From: Limisphaerales bacterium
Lineage (GTDB): Bacteria > Verrucomicrobiota > Verrucomicrobiia > Limisphaerales > UBA11358
NCBI GenBank assembly: GCA_025360325.1
Contig: JANYCI010000013.1
Span: 13,544 to 77,543 of the forward strand
Length of the DNA stretch: 64,000 nt
Reading direction: 5' to 3'
In this document: in pieces, positions 35,590 to 45,740 of the stretch
How positions within the stretch are numbered: position 1 is the stretch's first letter
Layout: each line of letters opens with the position of its first letter
The notes under the pieces: model-generated
Database searches by the model: none
The model's input: the letters and a program-made list of their open reading frames with translations, nothing else
Told to the model about the DNA's origin: nothing
Program-made: the position numbers and the translations under genes

Positions 35590-36540
35590 ATGGGTTTTTA
35601 CGGGCTCGTGCTGATCTCGGTATTTGCTCTGCCGGCACAGGCGCAATTACTTTCCTTCCCCGGCGCGCAGGGCTTTGGTCGCTTCGCCACGGGCGCGCGC
35701 GGCGGCACGGTTTATCACGTCACGAACGCGAACGACACCGGCGCGGGTTCGTTCCGCGATGCGGTGAGCGTGGCGAATCGCACCGTGGTCTTCGATATCA
35801 GCGGCGTCATCCGCATCAACAGCCTGATCAGCGTGGCGAACAATGTGACCATCGCCGGTCAGACTGCGCCGGGCGGCGGCGTGACGATTTACGGCCACCG
35901 GCTTTCTTACACGGACGCGAACAATTCCATCACGCGCTTCCTCCGCGTCCGCATGGGCATCAACGGCGACGGCAACGACACCATCACGATCTCCAGCGAA
36001 CACGACATGATTTTCGATCATCTCTCCGTCTCGTGGGGACAGGACGAAACTTTTTCCATCAGCGGCAGCGATCCCTCGAACATCTCGATCCAGAGCACGA
36101 TGATTTCGCAGGGCTTGCAGACACATTCGGCGGGCGGTTTGATCCAGACGGTCGGCGGCGTGAGCATTCTCCGCAGCTTTTACATTGATAACCACACGCG
36201 CAATCCGAAGGTCAAGGGCGTCAACGAATACGTCAACAACGTCGTGTATAACTGGGAATCCGACGCCTACATCCAGGGAGATTCCACCAGCCCGTCCTAC
36301 GCCAACGCCATCAATAATTATTTCATCAACGGCCCGTTGAATCAAAGCCTCGTGACCGTGCGCAGCGGCGGCCCGACGAATGTTTCCTACTATGTGCTGA
36401 CGACAACAAACCTCGCGCTGCCCGCCGCCAACTGGACGCGGCTGGCGACGAACCAGTTCGACAACAGCGGCGGTTTCAAACTCACCAACGCGGTCTTGGC
36501 CGGGATGCCGCAGACATTTTATCGGTTACAACTGCCATGA
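35590..36540 (+). CDS. pectate lyase (PL1-like) with the shared C-terminal tail
   Basis: FPGAQGFGRFATGARGGTVYHVTNANDTGAGSFRDAV, TIAGQTAPGGG, DHLSVSWGQDE, NHTRNPKV, NNVVYNW. The start at ATG 35590 gives signal MGFYGLVLISVFALPAQA. Confidence 0.85.
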   Translation: MGFYGLVLISVFALPAQAQLLSFPGAQGFGRFATGARGGTVYHVTNANDTGAGSFRDAVSVANRTVVFDISGVIRINSLISVANNVTIAGQTAPGGGVTIYGHRLSYTDANNSITRFLRVRMGINGDGNDTITISSEHDMIFDHLSVSWGQDETFSISGSDPSNISIQSTMISQGLQTHSAGGLIQTVGGVSILRSFYIDNHTRNPKVKGVNEYVNNVVYNWESDAYIQGDSTSPSYANAINNYFINGPLNQSLVTVRSGGPTNVSYYVLTTTNLALPAANWTRLATNQFDNSGGFKLTNAVLAGMPQTFYRLQLP

Positions 36541-36625
36541 ACCGGAGCAACCTATTTTTAATTCAAACGCGGAAACCCCAAAGCCCGGCATCTCCGCGAT
36601 TCAAAATAATTTGCACACCACGCTT

Positions 36626-38248
36626 ATGAAAAATAAATTCTCCCGCCGTAAATTTCTCAAATCATCCGCGCTCGCCACCGGCGCCAGTATGACCGCGCCG
36701 ATGTGGTTGCCCCGTGCATTGGCCGCTGGTGAATCGCCTGCCGCCACTTACGCGATTGCGCCCGGGCCGTTCAAGCCGACGTGGGAATCGCTGGAGCAAA
36801 ATTACCAGCTGCCCGACTGGTATCGCGACGCGAAGTTCGGCATCTGGGCGCATTGGGGGCCGCAATGCCAGCCGCAGCAGGGCGACTGGTATGCGCAGCG
36901 GATGTATGTGCAGGGCCATGCGCAGAATAAATTTCACGTCGAGCATTACGGACCGCCGTCACAATTTGGTTTCAAGGATGTCATTCACGAATGGAAGGCG
37001 GATAAATGGAATCCCGAAGAACTTTTCAAGCGCTACCAGCGCGCGGGCGCAAAATTTTTTGTCGCGATGGCGAATCACCACGACAACCTCGACATGTATG
37101 ATTCGCAATTTCAACCGTGGAATTCCGTCAACGTCGGTCCCAAGCGCGACATCGTCGGCACCTGGGCGAAGCTCGCGCACGCAGCGGGAATGCCATTCGG
37201 TGTGAGCGTGCATTCCGCGCGCGCATGGAACTGGTATGAAGTCGCGCAAGGCGCGGACACCAACGGCCCGCTCGCAGGAATTCCTTACGATGGAAAATTG
37301 ACGAAGGCCGACGGCAAAGGTCTTTGGTGGGACGGCCTCGATCCGCAGGATTTGTATGCGCAAAATCATAAACCCGGCGTGCCGCCGGACGCTGCGTATG
37401 TGACCAAGTGGTTCAACCGCACCAAAGACCTGCTCGATAAATATCATCCCGACCTGCTGTATTTCGACGATTCCAAACTGCCGCTCGGCGACGCCGGACT
37501 GAACATCGCCGCGCATTATTTCAACGCGAACAAACAGTGGCACGACGGCAAACTTGAAGGCGTCATCACCTCCAAAGAACTCACCACGGACGAGCAAAGA
37601 GCCGTCGTCAACGACCTCGAACGCAATCTCACGGAAGATTTATTGATGACGCCGTGGCAAAAAGATTTGTGCATCGGCGCGTGGCATTACGACGACAACC
37701 GCTACAAAACCGGCTACCGCTCCGCGCGCTCAATGGTGAATCTCCTCGTGGATGTCGTCAGCAAGAACGGCACTTTTCTCCTGAACATCCCGCTGCGCGG
37801 CGACGGCAGCATAGACGACAAGGCGATTGCTTTTCTTGACGACTTCACGAAATGGATGGACGTGAACAGCGACTGCATCTACGGCACGCGCCCGTGGACA
37901 ATTTACGGCGAAGGCCCGTCCGTGAAACATGACGCCACCGCGCAAGCCAGCGTCAAGAACGCGCCGCGCGGCATCGGCCCGGAACACAGCGCGGCGGACA
38001 TCCGCTTCACCACGAAGGCTGGCGCGCTCTTCGCCATCGCGCTTGGCTGGCCGGCGGACGGCAAGCTCGTCATCAAATCGCTCGCGGCCAATTCGCCGCT
38101 CTACAAAGATGAAATCGGGAATATAGAACTGCTCGGCTCAACCGAGAAAATAATTTTCACGCGCGATGACACCGGCCTGACCGTGGCCATTCCCGGTGAA
38201 CGCGCAGGGAACTATGCAATTGCATTGAAGATTGTGCCGAAGAAATGA
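36626..38248 (+). CDS. alpha-L-fucosidase (GH29), Tat-signal-like N-terminus
   Basis: MKNKFSRRKFLKSSALATGA (twin-arginine-like), DAKFGIWAHWGPQ, AGAKFFVAMANHHDNLDMYDS, GPKRDIVG. Confidence 0.85.
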   Translation: MKNKFSRRKFLKSSALATGASMTAPMWLPRALAAGESPAATYAIAPGPFKPTWESLEQNYQLPDWYRDAKFGIWAHWGPQCQPQQGDWYAQRMYVQGHAQNKFHVEHYGPPSQFGFKDVIHEWKADKWNPEELFKRYQRAGAKFFVAMANHHDNLDMYDSQFQPWNSVNVGPKRDIVGTWAKLAHAAGMPFGVSVHSARAWNWYEVAQGADTNGPLAGIPYDGKLTKADGKGLWWDGLDPQDLYAQNHKPGVPPDAAYVTKWFNRTKDLLDKYHPDLLYFDDSKLPLGDAGLNIAAHYFNANKQWHDGKLEGVITSKELTTDEQRAVVNDLERNLTEDLLMTPWQKDLCIGAWHYDDNRYKTGYRSARSMVNLLVDVVSKNGTFLLNIPLRGDGSIDDKAIAFLDDFTKWMDVNSDCIYGTRPWTIYGEGPSVKHDATAQASVKNAPRGIGPEHSAADIRFTTKAGALFAIALGWPADGKLVIKSLAANSPLYKDEIGNIELLGSTEKIIFTRDDTGLTVAIPGERAGNYAIALKIVPKK

Positions 38249-38267
38249 CCGGCGATACCGAAACAAA

Positions 38268-40802
38268 ATGACAAAAAGATTTCTTCCGTATCTGATCCTG
38301 TTGCTGCTGCCGGGCGTGCTGCTTGGCGCGCAACCTTTGCCGTCGGCAACCGGTCTTCACCGCGAACGACTGCTCATGAATTTCGGCTGGCAGTTTTATC
38401 TTGGCGACGCGCCGGATGCGGGGGCGCAATTTGATTATCCTGAATTTGCGCGGCTCGATAAAAATCGTCCCGATGACGATGCGCAGGAAGCCAAAAATGC
38501 TCCGCTACGTGTGGATGCCGCCGCCGTAAATCTCGGCAAAAATGTTTCCTTTGTGCAGCCCAGCTACGACACCGCCAACTGGCGCACGCTCGATTTGCCG
38601 CATGATTGGCTGGTGGAACTACCATTCGAACATCGCGGCGACAAGGATCACGGATTCAAGCCGGCGGGGAAACATTTCGAGACCAACAGCATCGGCTGGT
38701 ATCGGCGCACGTTTGAATTGCCGGCGGGCGATAAAGGCCGCGCGTTGTGGATTGAATTCGATGGCGTGTTTCGCAATTGCCTCGTCTGGCTCAACGGCGT
38801 CTGTCTTGGCCGCAATGTCAGCGGCTACGGCAGTTTTTATTATGACATCAGCCGTGCGGCCAATTACGGTGGCACGAACACGCTCGTCGTGCGGGTGGAC
38901 GCGAGCCGTTTTGAAGGCTGGTTTTACGAGGGTGCGGGCATTTATCGTCACGTCTGGCTGGTGAAAACCGGCGCGGCACATGTCGCGCATTGGGGAACTT
39001 TCGTGACCAGCACGGTCATCAATCAAGACGCGGAAGTTTCGGCGGAGACAACTTTGCGAAATGATTTGAGCACGCCGGTGACGGCACGGATTGTTTCCAC
39101 CGTCGTGGATTCCACTGGTCTTGAAGTCGCCACCGTCACGCAAGCCGCAATGAAAATTGAAGGCGGCGCGGAAAAAATCGTGTCGCAGAAAGTAAAAGTT
39201 TCCGGCGCAAAACTTTGGTCATTGGAAAATCCTTATCTCTACAAACTTGTTTTACGCGTCGAAGTGGACGGTAAGGCATCCGACGTTTTTGAAACGCCCT
39301 TCGGCATTCGCACCATCAAGTGGGATGTGAATGAGGGTTTTCTCTTGAACGGCAAACGCGTTTTCCTCAAAGGCACCGCCAATCATCAAGATGCGGCGGG
39401 CGTGGGCATCGCCGTGCCGGACGCGCTCAATGAATGGCGGTTGTTGCAGTTGAAAAAATTCGGCGTCAACGCCTATCGCACCGCGCATGGCCCGGCTACG
39501 CCCGAACTCCTCGACGCCTGCGACCGCCTCGGCATTCTGGTTTATACCGAGCAACGTCGTCTCGGACACACACCTCAATCGTTCGGCGATTTTGAGAATC
39601 TCATCCGCCGTGACCGCAATCATCCCAGCATCATTGCGTGGGGCATTGCCAACGAAGAGCTGACCGCGCAGGGCAAAGAAGAACCCACGAAAACCCTGGC
39701 GGTGCCTAATCAAGACCTCGTGCATCGTCTTGACCCGACGCGACCCGCGACATGCGCGATGAATTGGGACTGGGGAAACGGATTTTCCAAGGTTCTCGAC
39801 GTGCAGGGTTTTAATTATTGGTGGCAAAGCACGCATTCAAAAAATCGCGGCAAGTTTCTCGACCTGGATGAATTTCACGTCGCATTTACGAACACGCCGG
39901 GCTTTGGTTCGGAAGAAGCCAGCACCGTCAGCACCCGCGGCATCTACGAAAACGACAAGACGCGTGGCTACGTTTCCGCCTACGACCGCAACCTCCCGCG
40001 CGGCGGCGACGCGGCGCGCGAATGGGGTTCGACCGCCGAGGCGTGGATGAAACATTACGCCGCGCGTCCGTGGCTCGCCGGTGCGTTCGTGTGGACCGGC
40101 TTTGATTATCGCGGTGAGCCGACGCCATATTCGTGGCCGAACGTCAGTTCGCATTTTGGCATCCTCGACACCTGCGGTTTTCCGAAGGATAATTTTTTTT
40201 ATTATCAGGCGTGGTGGACGGATGAGCCCGTGTTGCACATCCTCCCGCACTGGAATTGGCCGGGCAAAGAAGGCCGGGAGATTGAAGTCTGGGTTCACAG
40301 CAATTTCGAGGCGGTCGAACTTTTTCTGAACGGCCAGAGCCTCGGTAAAAAGAATATGCCACGCCTTTCGCATCTCGAATGGAAGGTCGCGTATCAGCCC
40401 GGTAAACTAGAAGCGCGCGGCTATAAGAACGGAAAGGTGGCCGCGAAGACAATTGTCGAAACTACCGGCGAGCCCGACAAACTCGTGCTGACTACGGATC
40501 GCAAAAGCATCAACGCCGACGGCCAAGATGTCGCCGTCATCAATGTTTCTGCGATTGATGCACAAGGCCGTGAAGTTCCCACGGCGAATAATCTAGTGAA
40601 GTTTGAAATCACCGGGGCAAAAATCCTAGGTGTCGGCAACGGCGACCCAAGCTGCCATGAATCCGACAAAGGCAGCGAGCGCAGCCTGTTCAACGGTCTT
40701 GCCCAAGTTATCGTTCAAACCAAAACCCCCGGCCAATTGAAACTTGTCGCCCAAGCCGACGGGCTGAAATCTGCCACGGCCACGCTCACCTCAAAAAAAT
40801 AG
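38268..40802 (+). CDS. glycoside hydrolase family 2 (beta-galactosidase/glucuronidase-like)
   Basis: LDLPHDWLVE, IGWYRRTF, FDGVFRNCLVWLNG, KGTANHQDAAGVG, NAYRTAHGPATPELL, RDRNHPSIIAWGIANEE. Signal from ATG 38268. Confidence 0.9.
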   Translation: MTKRFLPYLILLLLPGVLLGAQPLPSATGLHRERLLMNFGWQFYLGDAPDAGAQFDYPEFARLDKNRPDDDAQEAKNAPLRVDAAAVNLGKNVSFVQPSYDTANWRTLDLPHDWLVELPFEHRGDKDHGFKPAGKHFETNSIGWYRRTFELPAGDKGRALWIEFDGVFRNCLVWLNGVCLGRNVSGYGSFYYDISRAANYGGTNTLVVRVDASRFEGWFYEGAGIYRHVWLVKTGAAHVAHWGTFVTSTVINQDAEVSAETTLRNDLSTPVTARIVSTVVDSTGLEVATVTQAAMKIEGGAEKIVSQKVKVSGAKLWSLENPYLYKLVLRVEVDGKASDVFETPFGIRTIKWDVNEGFLLNGKRVFLKGTANHQDAAGVGIAVPDALNEWRLLQLKKFGVNAYRTAHGPATPELLDACDRLGILVYTEQRRLGHTPQSFGDFENLIRRDRNHPSIIAWGIANEELTAQGKEEPTKTLAVPNQDLVHRLDPTRPATCAMNWDWGNGFSKVLDVQGFNYWWQSTHSKNRGKFLDLDEFHVAFTNTPGFGSEEASTVSTRGIYENDKTRGYVSAYDRNLPRGGDAAREWGSTAEAWMKHYAARPWLAGAFVWTGFDYRGEPTPYSWPNVSSHFGILDTCGFPKDNFFYYQAWWTDEPVLHILPHWNWPGKEGREIEVWVHSNFEAVELFLNGQSLGKKNMPRLSHLEWKVAYQPGKLEARGYKNGKVAAKTIVETTGEPDKLVLTTDRKSINADGQDVAVINVSAIDAQGREVPTANNLVKFEITGAKILGVGNGDPSCHESDKGSERSLFNGLAQVIVQTKTPGQLKLVAQADGLKSATATLTSKK

Positions 40803-40835
40803 GATCTCGGAGTGATTCGGCGATTCAATAAATCC

Positions 40836-42461
40836 ATGAAATCAAAACTCATTCTCGGCCTCTTGCTGGTAGGCATCTCCGCAAAATTGTCGGCACAAAA
40901 TGCCGCGACAAATTCGGACGCTCCGGCAGCCGCAAAAACTCCGCCAGCCGGCCGCGTGACCGACCCGACGCTGCGCCCGCGCGCCGCCGACCGGAAGGAA
41001 TTGATTGACGCCGCCGCCGCGAAGCTGCCCGCGATTCCGCCCGGCCCGGTGCAGCCGAACTGGGAATCCATCCGCGCGAATTACCAGGACCCCGAATGGT
41101 TTCGCGACGCGAAGTTCGGCATCATGATGCACTGGGGAATTTATTCCGTTCCGGCGCACGGCAGCGAATGGTATGAACGCTATATGTATGGCGGCAACAA
41201 AGGCATGATGCAGTGGCACACGGAGCATTTCGGCCCGCCGGAAAAATTCGGCTACAAGGATTTCTTTCCGCTGTTCACCGCCGCGAAATGGGATCCCGAT
41301 GCGTGGGCGCAATTGTTCAAAGATGCCGGCGCGAAATATGTCATCGCCAGCGGCGAACATCACGACGGCTTTTCCAATTGGAAAAGTGACATCAATAAAT
41401 TCAACGCGTTCAACTACGGCCCGCATCGCGATCTCGTCGGCGACCTCACCGTCGCCCTGCGGAAAAAAGGTTTGAAGGCCGGCATCGCCAACCACAGCAA
41501 CAATCATTTCAACTGGGTCACGCCGATGCCCGGCACCGACCAGTTCGATCCGCAGTGGGCGGATTTTTACAGCGTCGCCGACCGCAGCGACACGGCGCAC
41601 GCGAAATTTTTTGAAACCTGGACGACCAAAAACATGGAGCTGATTGACAAATATCAGCCCGATATGCTGTGGTTCGACATGAACGGCGGCGACCGCAGTT
41701 GGGATCCGCTCAAGGTGCGGCTGCTCGCATATTACTACAACCGCGCGGCGACGTGGGGGAAACAAGTGGCTGTTAGCGCAAAGGGTGAATCGTTTCTCGC
41801 GGGCATGGTCATGGACTATGAGCGTCAGGGCCGCGCGCCGAAGCAGATCACGGATTTTGTCTGGCAGCCGGACGACCCCATCGCCGACAAGTTTGGTTAC
41901 GTTGAAGTTCCGGACGCGGACGGAAAAATGGTTGGCCTGCCGTTGAAATCGCCCGCCGGCCTTGTGCGCAATCTCGTCATGAACGTGAGCCGCAACGGAA
42001 ATTTGTTGCTGAACATTTCGCCCAAAGCCGACGGCACCATTCCCGACGCGCAGCAGCAGGTTCTGCACGCCATCGGCAAATGGCTCGGCGTGAATGGCGA
42101 GGCGATCTACGGAACGCGTCCGTGGAAAATGTCAGAGGAAGGTCGCGTGCATTTCACTACGAAGGGCCAGACCCTTTACGCCATCAGCCTCGTGTGGCCG
42201 ACGAATGAGCTGGTGATTCCTGCGCTCGGTGGCGACAAAGGACTTAATGGAAAAATCAGCAAGGTGGAGTTGCTCGGTCACGCAGGCGTGCTTGAGTTCA
42301 CGCAGAATGCCGCTGGACTCAAAGTAAAATTTCCTGCGGAGAAGCCGTGCGAGTTTTGTTATACGTTGAAAATTTCCGGGCTGAAACTTCCGCCGCCCGC
42401 CACATCTGTTCCTCCACATCCAACGGGTTCATCCGCGCCCATGGGAGAAATTCCACAATGA
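40836..42461 (+). CDS. alpha-L-fucosidase (GH29)
   Basis: DAKFGIMMHWGIYSVPAHGSEWY, AGAKYVIASGEHHDGFSNW, GPHRDLVGDL. Signal MKSKLILGLLLVGISAKLSA. Confidence 0.85.
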   Translation: MKSKLILGLLLVGISAKLSAQNAATNSDAPAAAKTPPAGRVTDPTLRPRAADRKELIDAAAAKLPAIPPGPVQPNWESIRANYQDPEWFRDAKFGIMMHWGIYSVPAHGSEWYERYMYGGNKGMMQWHTEHFGPPEKFGYKDFFPLFTAAKWDPDAWAQLFKDAGAKYVIASGEHHDGFSNWKSDINKFNAFNYGPHRDLVGDLTVALRKKGLKAGIANHSNNHFNWVTPMPGTDQFDPQWADFYSVADRSDTAHAKFFETWTTKNMELIDKYQPDMLWFDMNGGDRSWDPLKVRLLAYYYNRAATWGKQVAVSAKGESFLAGMVMDYERQGRAPKQITDFVWQPDDPIADKFGYVEVPDADGKMVGLPLKSPAGLVRNLVMNVSRNGNLLLNISPKADGTIPDAQQQVLHAIGKWLGVNGEAIYGTRPWKMSEEGRVHFTTKGQTLYAISLVWPTNELVIPALGGDKGLNGKISKVELLGHAGVLEFTQNAAGLKVKFPAEKPCEFCYTLKISGLKLPPPATSVPPHPTGSSAPMGEIPQ

Positions 42462-45400
42462 AATTCAAATCGCAAAAACTTGCTCAATTAACCCTGTTGG
42501 GTTCGCTGCTGATTTCAACCGCCCCGGCTGGCGCGCAGACGAACCGCGTCGTCGTGCCCGACCGCCCGGAGTTGATTTACCAGCCGCGCGGGAATTTTTC
42601 CAACAACGTCGCGCGTCCACTGCGTTACTGGCCGGTTGGCGGCGATTTTGTCATCACGAACGGCGGGGAATTTTTTAACCGTCCGCTCTACTGCCTGAAT
42701 TCCGGCTTCCGCATCGACGGCGGCGACCGTCCGGAATTTTCGCTCTACCTGCCCGGGCGCGGCGGTAATCTGCGACTCGGCATCAAGACCACCGCCGGCG
42801 TGAAATGGCTGAACGACGCGGACAAAATCGTCGCGCGTTATCGGCCCGGTTCGATGGTTTATGAAATCAAGGACTCGCTGCTGATGGACACCCGCCAGTT
42901 GCGCCTGACGGTTTTGCCGTCGAGTAAAATCAAGGGAGTTATTGTTCGTGCCGAATTGGATTATCCGTGGTTGCCGGTCGAATTAGTCTGGGCTTTTGGC
43001 GGTGCGAACGGCATGCGCGGTCAACGCGGCGGTGACATCGGCTGCGAACGCGAGCCGGTCGGGAAATTTTTCCAGCTCCACCCGGAACAATGCGCGGGCA
43101 ACGAAATTTCACTGGCGACAAATGCGTTCACCCTGCGCGGCAAAGGCGCGGAGATTGCGGGCGTGGCCTCGGCAGGCGCGCAACTTGCCATCGGCGATGC
43201 GAACTTATGGGCGCAACCAGACAAGCTGTTCGGGGCGGCCCTCGAAAGTCTCCCAGCATCCCAGCCGGATGCGGCCGAGCCAGTGGTCATTGGTCAGAAC
43301 ATGCTTGCGCCTAGTCAGCCGTTTTATCTCGTGGTGCAACCAGCCGGCGAGGATTTCCAAAAAATCACCGCCGAAGATTTGCCCAAACTTTTTGACGCCG
43401 CCGAGGAACATCGCCGCACAATTGCGGAGCGCGTCGCCGTCGAGACGCCCGATCCGTTCATCAATGCTGCTGCCGCTGCGCTGAATATCGCCGCCGACGC
43501 GGTTTGGGATGACAAGCAACAGTCTTATATGCACGGAGCGGTTGCGTGGCGGACGCGGTTGCTCGGCTGGCGCGGGCAATACGCGGGCGACGCGCTGGGC
43601 TGGCACGAACGCACGGCCACGCACTTCGCAGGCTTTGCAAAAAATCAAAACACGAGTCCGATTCCCGAAAACATTCCGCCCGCCGACGAACAGTTCAATC
43701 TCGCGCGCAGCGAGGCTGCTATTCACTCGAACGGCGATATGTCGAAGAATCATTACGACATGAACCTCGTCGCCGTGGACGCATTCTTCCGGCATCTGCT
43801 CTGGACGGGCGACACGAATTACGCGCGCGCAATGTGGCCGGTCATCGAGCGGCATCTCGCGTGGGAACGCCGCTTGTTCCGCCGCGAATTTGGTGACGAC
43901 AAGCTGCCGCTTTACGAAGCCTATTGCGCGATTTGGGCAAGCGATGATTTGAATTACAATGGTGGCGGCACAGCGCACGCCAGCGCCTACAATTATTTTG
44001 CGAACACCATGGCCGCGCGCGTCGCAAAAATTCTTGGCAAGGACTCGACCGTTTACGAACACGAGGCGGATTTGATTTTGCGCGGCATGAACAAATATCT
44101 CTGGCTCGCGGGCGAAAGGAATTTTGCCGAGTCGAAAGATTTGCTCGGCCTGCAACTCGTTCATCCGAACTCCGGGCTATGGACGTTTTATCACACGATT
44201 GATTCCGAAGTGCCGACGCCCACACAGGCATGGTGGATGTCCCGCTGGATTGACGACCACATCGCGCACATTCCGATTCGCGGCGCGAATGTGCCGGACG
44301 AAAATCTTTTCACGCTGCCGGAGACGAGCTGGATGCCCTATCAATGGTCGCTCAACAACGTCGTCATGGCCGAGGCTGCGCACACCGCGCTCGGCTTCTG
44401 GCAGGCCAACCGGCCGGAAACCGCGTTCCAGCTTTTCAAAGGCGAGTTGCTCGACTCGATGTTCCTCGGTTTGTGTCCGGGAAATCTCGGCTGCATGACC
44501 TCGCACGACATGGCGCGTGGCGAGGCGCAGCGGGATTTTTGCGACCCGACCGGCGTCAATTCCCGTGCGCTGGTCGAAGGGCTTTTCGGCGTGAAGCCGG
44601 ACGCGCTTGCGGGCGAACTAAAAATTGTTCCCGGCTTTCCGGCGAAATGGGATCACGCGGGCATCCGCCATCCTGATTTTAATTTTGAATTCCGGCGCGA
44701 CGGTTTGACGGAAAAATATATGGTCGAATCGAAATTTCCGAATCCGATGGAACTGAACCTGCAAATTGCCGCGCTGCGAACCGAACCGGAAGTCACCGTC
44801 AATGGCCGGCCCGCGAAATGGAATTGGGTTGAAGATTTGTTCGGCGTGCGGCGGATTCAAATTGAAAGTCCGCCTGCGGAAAAATTTGAAGTCGTCATAA
44901 ATTGGAAAGGAGAAGTTCCTGTCGCATTGATGTTGATGGAGGTTCTGCCCGACGCTCCTAAAAAAATCGAAGCGTTTGACTGGAATAAACAAATTTCCGC
45001 CGCTGCTAAATTTGAAACCGTTAATCTCACGTCATTTTTCAACGACAAGGTCACACAGATTTTCCGCAATGAATACCGCACGCCGCGCTCGCCGTTCGCG
45101 TCGCTGGCGCAGCCCAAGCAGGGTATCGGCGGCTGGTGTGAACCGAACGCAAATTTTGAAGTGGATGATTCCGGCCTACGCGAACTCGCAGCAAAAAACG
45201 GCGGCAAAATTGTTTTGCCAGACGGAATTTCGTTTGCCGCGCCTGGCGAGAGTGGCGCGAAAAATATTATTTTCACTTCGCAATGGGACAATCATCCGCG
45301 CGAAGTTTCCGTGCCGCTGTCGGGAAAATCGTCGCACGCATTTTTGCTGATGGCGGGTTCGACAGACGCGCTGAAAAGCCGTTTTGACAATGGCGAAGTC

Positions 45401-45724
45401 ATCGCGACTTACGCCGACGGCACGACCGCACGGCTCGCTTTGAACAATCCGGTGAACTGGTGGCCGATTGACCAGGATTATTTCATTGATGACTACGCAT
45501 TCCGCCGCGATGAGCCGATTCCGCCGCGCGTGGATTTGCGGACGGGAAACATCCGCCTTCTTGACATGGACAGTTTCAAAGGTCGCGGCGGAAAGATTCG
45601 CGGCGGTGCGGCGACGGTTCTGGACTTGCCGCTGGATGCGACGAAGGAATTGAAATCGCTCACCGTTCGCGCGCTGGCGAATGAAGTGGTCATCGGCCTT
45701 ATGAGCGTGACGCTAGAGCGATGA
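42458..45724 (+). CDS. large secreted protein, probable glycoside hydrolase-like, family not assigned
   Basis: Signal MKFKSQKLAQLTLLGSLLISTAPAGA. 1088 aa. ATGA overlap with the upstream GH29, so co-transcription is implied. I recognise no catalytic motif with confidence. Confidence 0.8.
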   Translation: MKFKSQKLAQLTLLGSLLISTAPAGAQTNRVVVPDRPELIYQPRGNFSNNVARPLRYWPVGGDFVITNGGEFFNRPLYCLNSGFRIDGGDRPEFSLYLPGRGGNLRLGIKTTAGVKWLNDADKIVARYRPGSMVYEIKDSLLMDTRQLRLTVLPSSKIKGVIVRAELDYPWLPVELVWAFGGANGMRGQRGGDIGCEREPVGKFFQLHPEQCAGNEISLATNAFTLRGKGAEIAGVASAGAQLAIGDANLWAQPDKLFGAALESLPASQPDAAEPVVIGQNMLAPSQPFYLVVQPAGEDFQKITAEDLPKLFDAAEEHRRTIAERVAVETPDPFINAAAAALNIAADAVWDDKQQSYMHGAVAWRTRLLGWRGQYAGDALGWHERTATHFAGFAKNQNTSPIPENIPPADEQFNLARSEAAIHSNGDMSKNHYDMNLVAVDAFFRHLLWTGDTNYARAMWPVIERHLAWERRLFRREFGDDKLPLYEAYCAIWASDDLNYNGGGTAHASAYNYFANTMAARVAKILGKDSTVYEHEADLILRGMNKYLWLAGERNFAESKDLLGLQLVHPNSGLWTFYHTIDSEVPTPTQAWWMSRWIDDHIAHIPIRGANVPDENLFTLPETSWMPYQWSLNNVVMAEAAHTALGFWQANRPETAFQLFKGELLDSMFLGLCPGNLGCMTSHDMARGEAQRDFCDPTGVNSRALVEGLFGVKPDALAGELKIVPGFPAKWDHAGIRHPDFNFEFRRDGLTEKYMVESKFPNPMELNLQIAALRTEPEVTVNGRPAKWNWVEDLFGVRRIQIESPPAEKFEVVINWKGEVPVALMLMEVLPDAPKKIEAFDWNKQISAAAKFETVNLTSFFNDKVTQIFRNEYRTPRSPFASLAQPKQGIGGWCEPNANFEVDDSGLRELAAKNGGKIVLPDGISFAAPGESGAKNIIFTSQWDNHPREVSVPLSGKSSHAFLLMAGSTDALKSRFDNGEVIATYADGTTARLALNNPVNWWPIDQDYFIDDYAFRRDEPIPPRVDLRTGNIRLLDMDSFKGRGGKIRGGAATVLDLPLDATKELKSLTVRALANEVVIGLMSVTLER

Positions 45725-45740
45725 ACGCAGCCGGCGGTTC

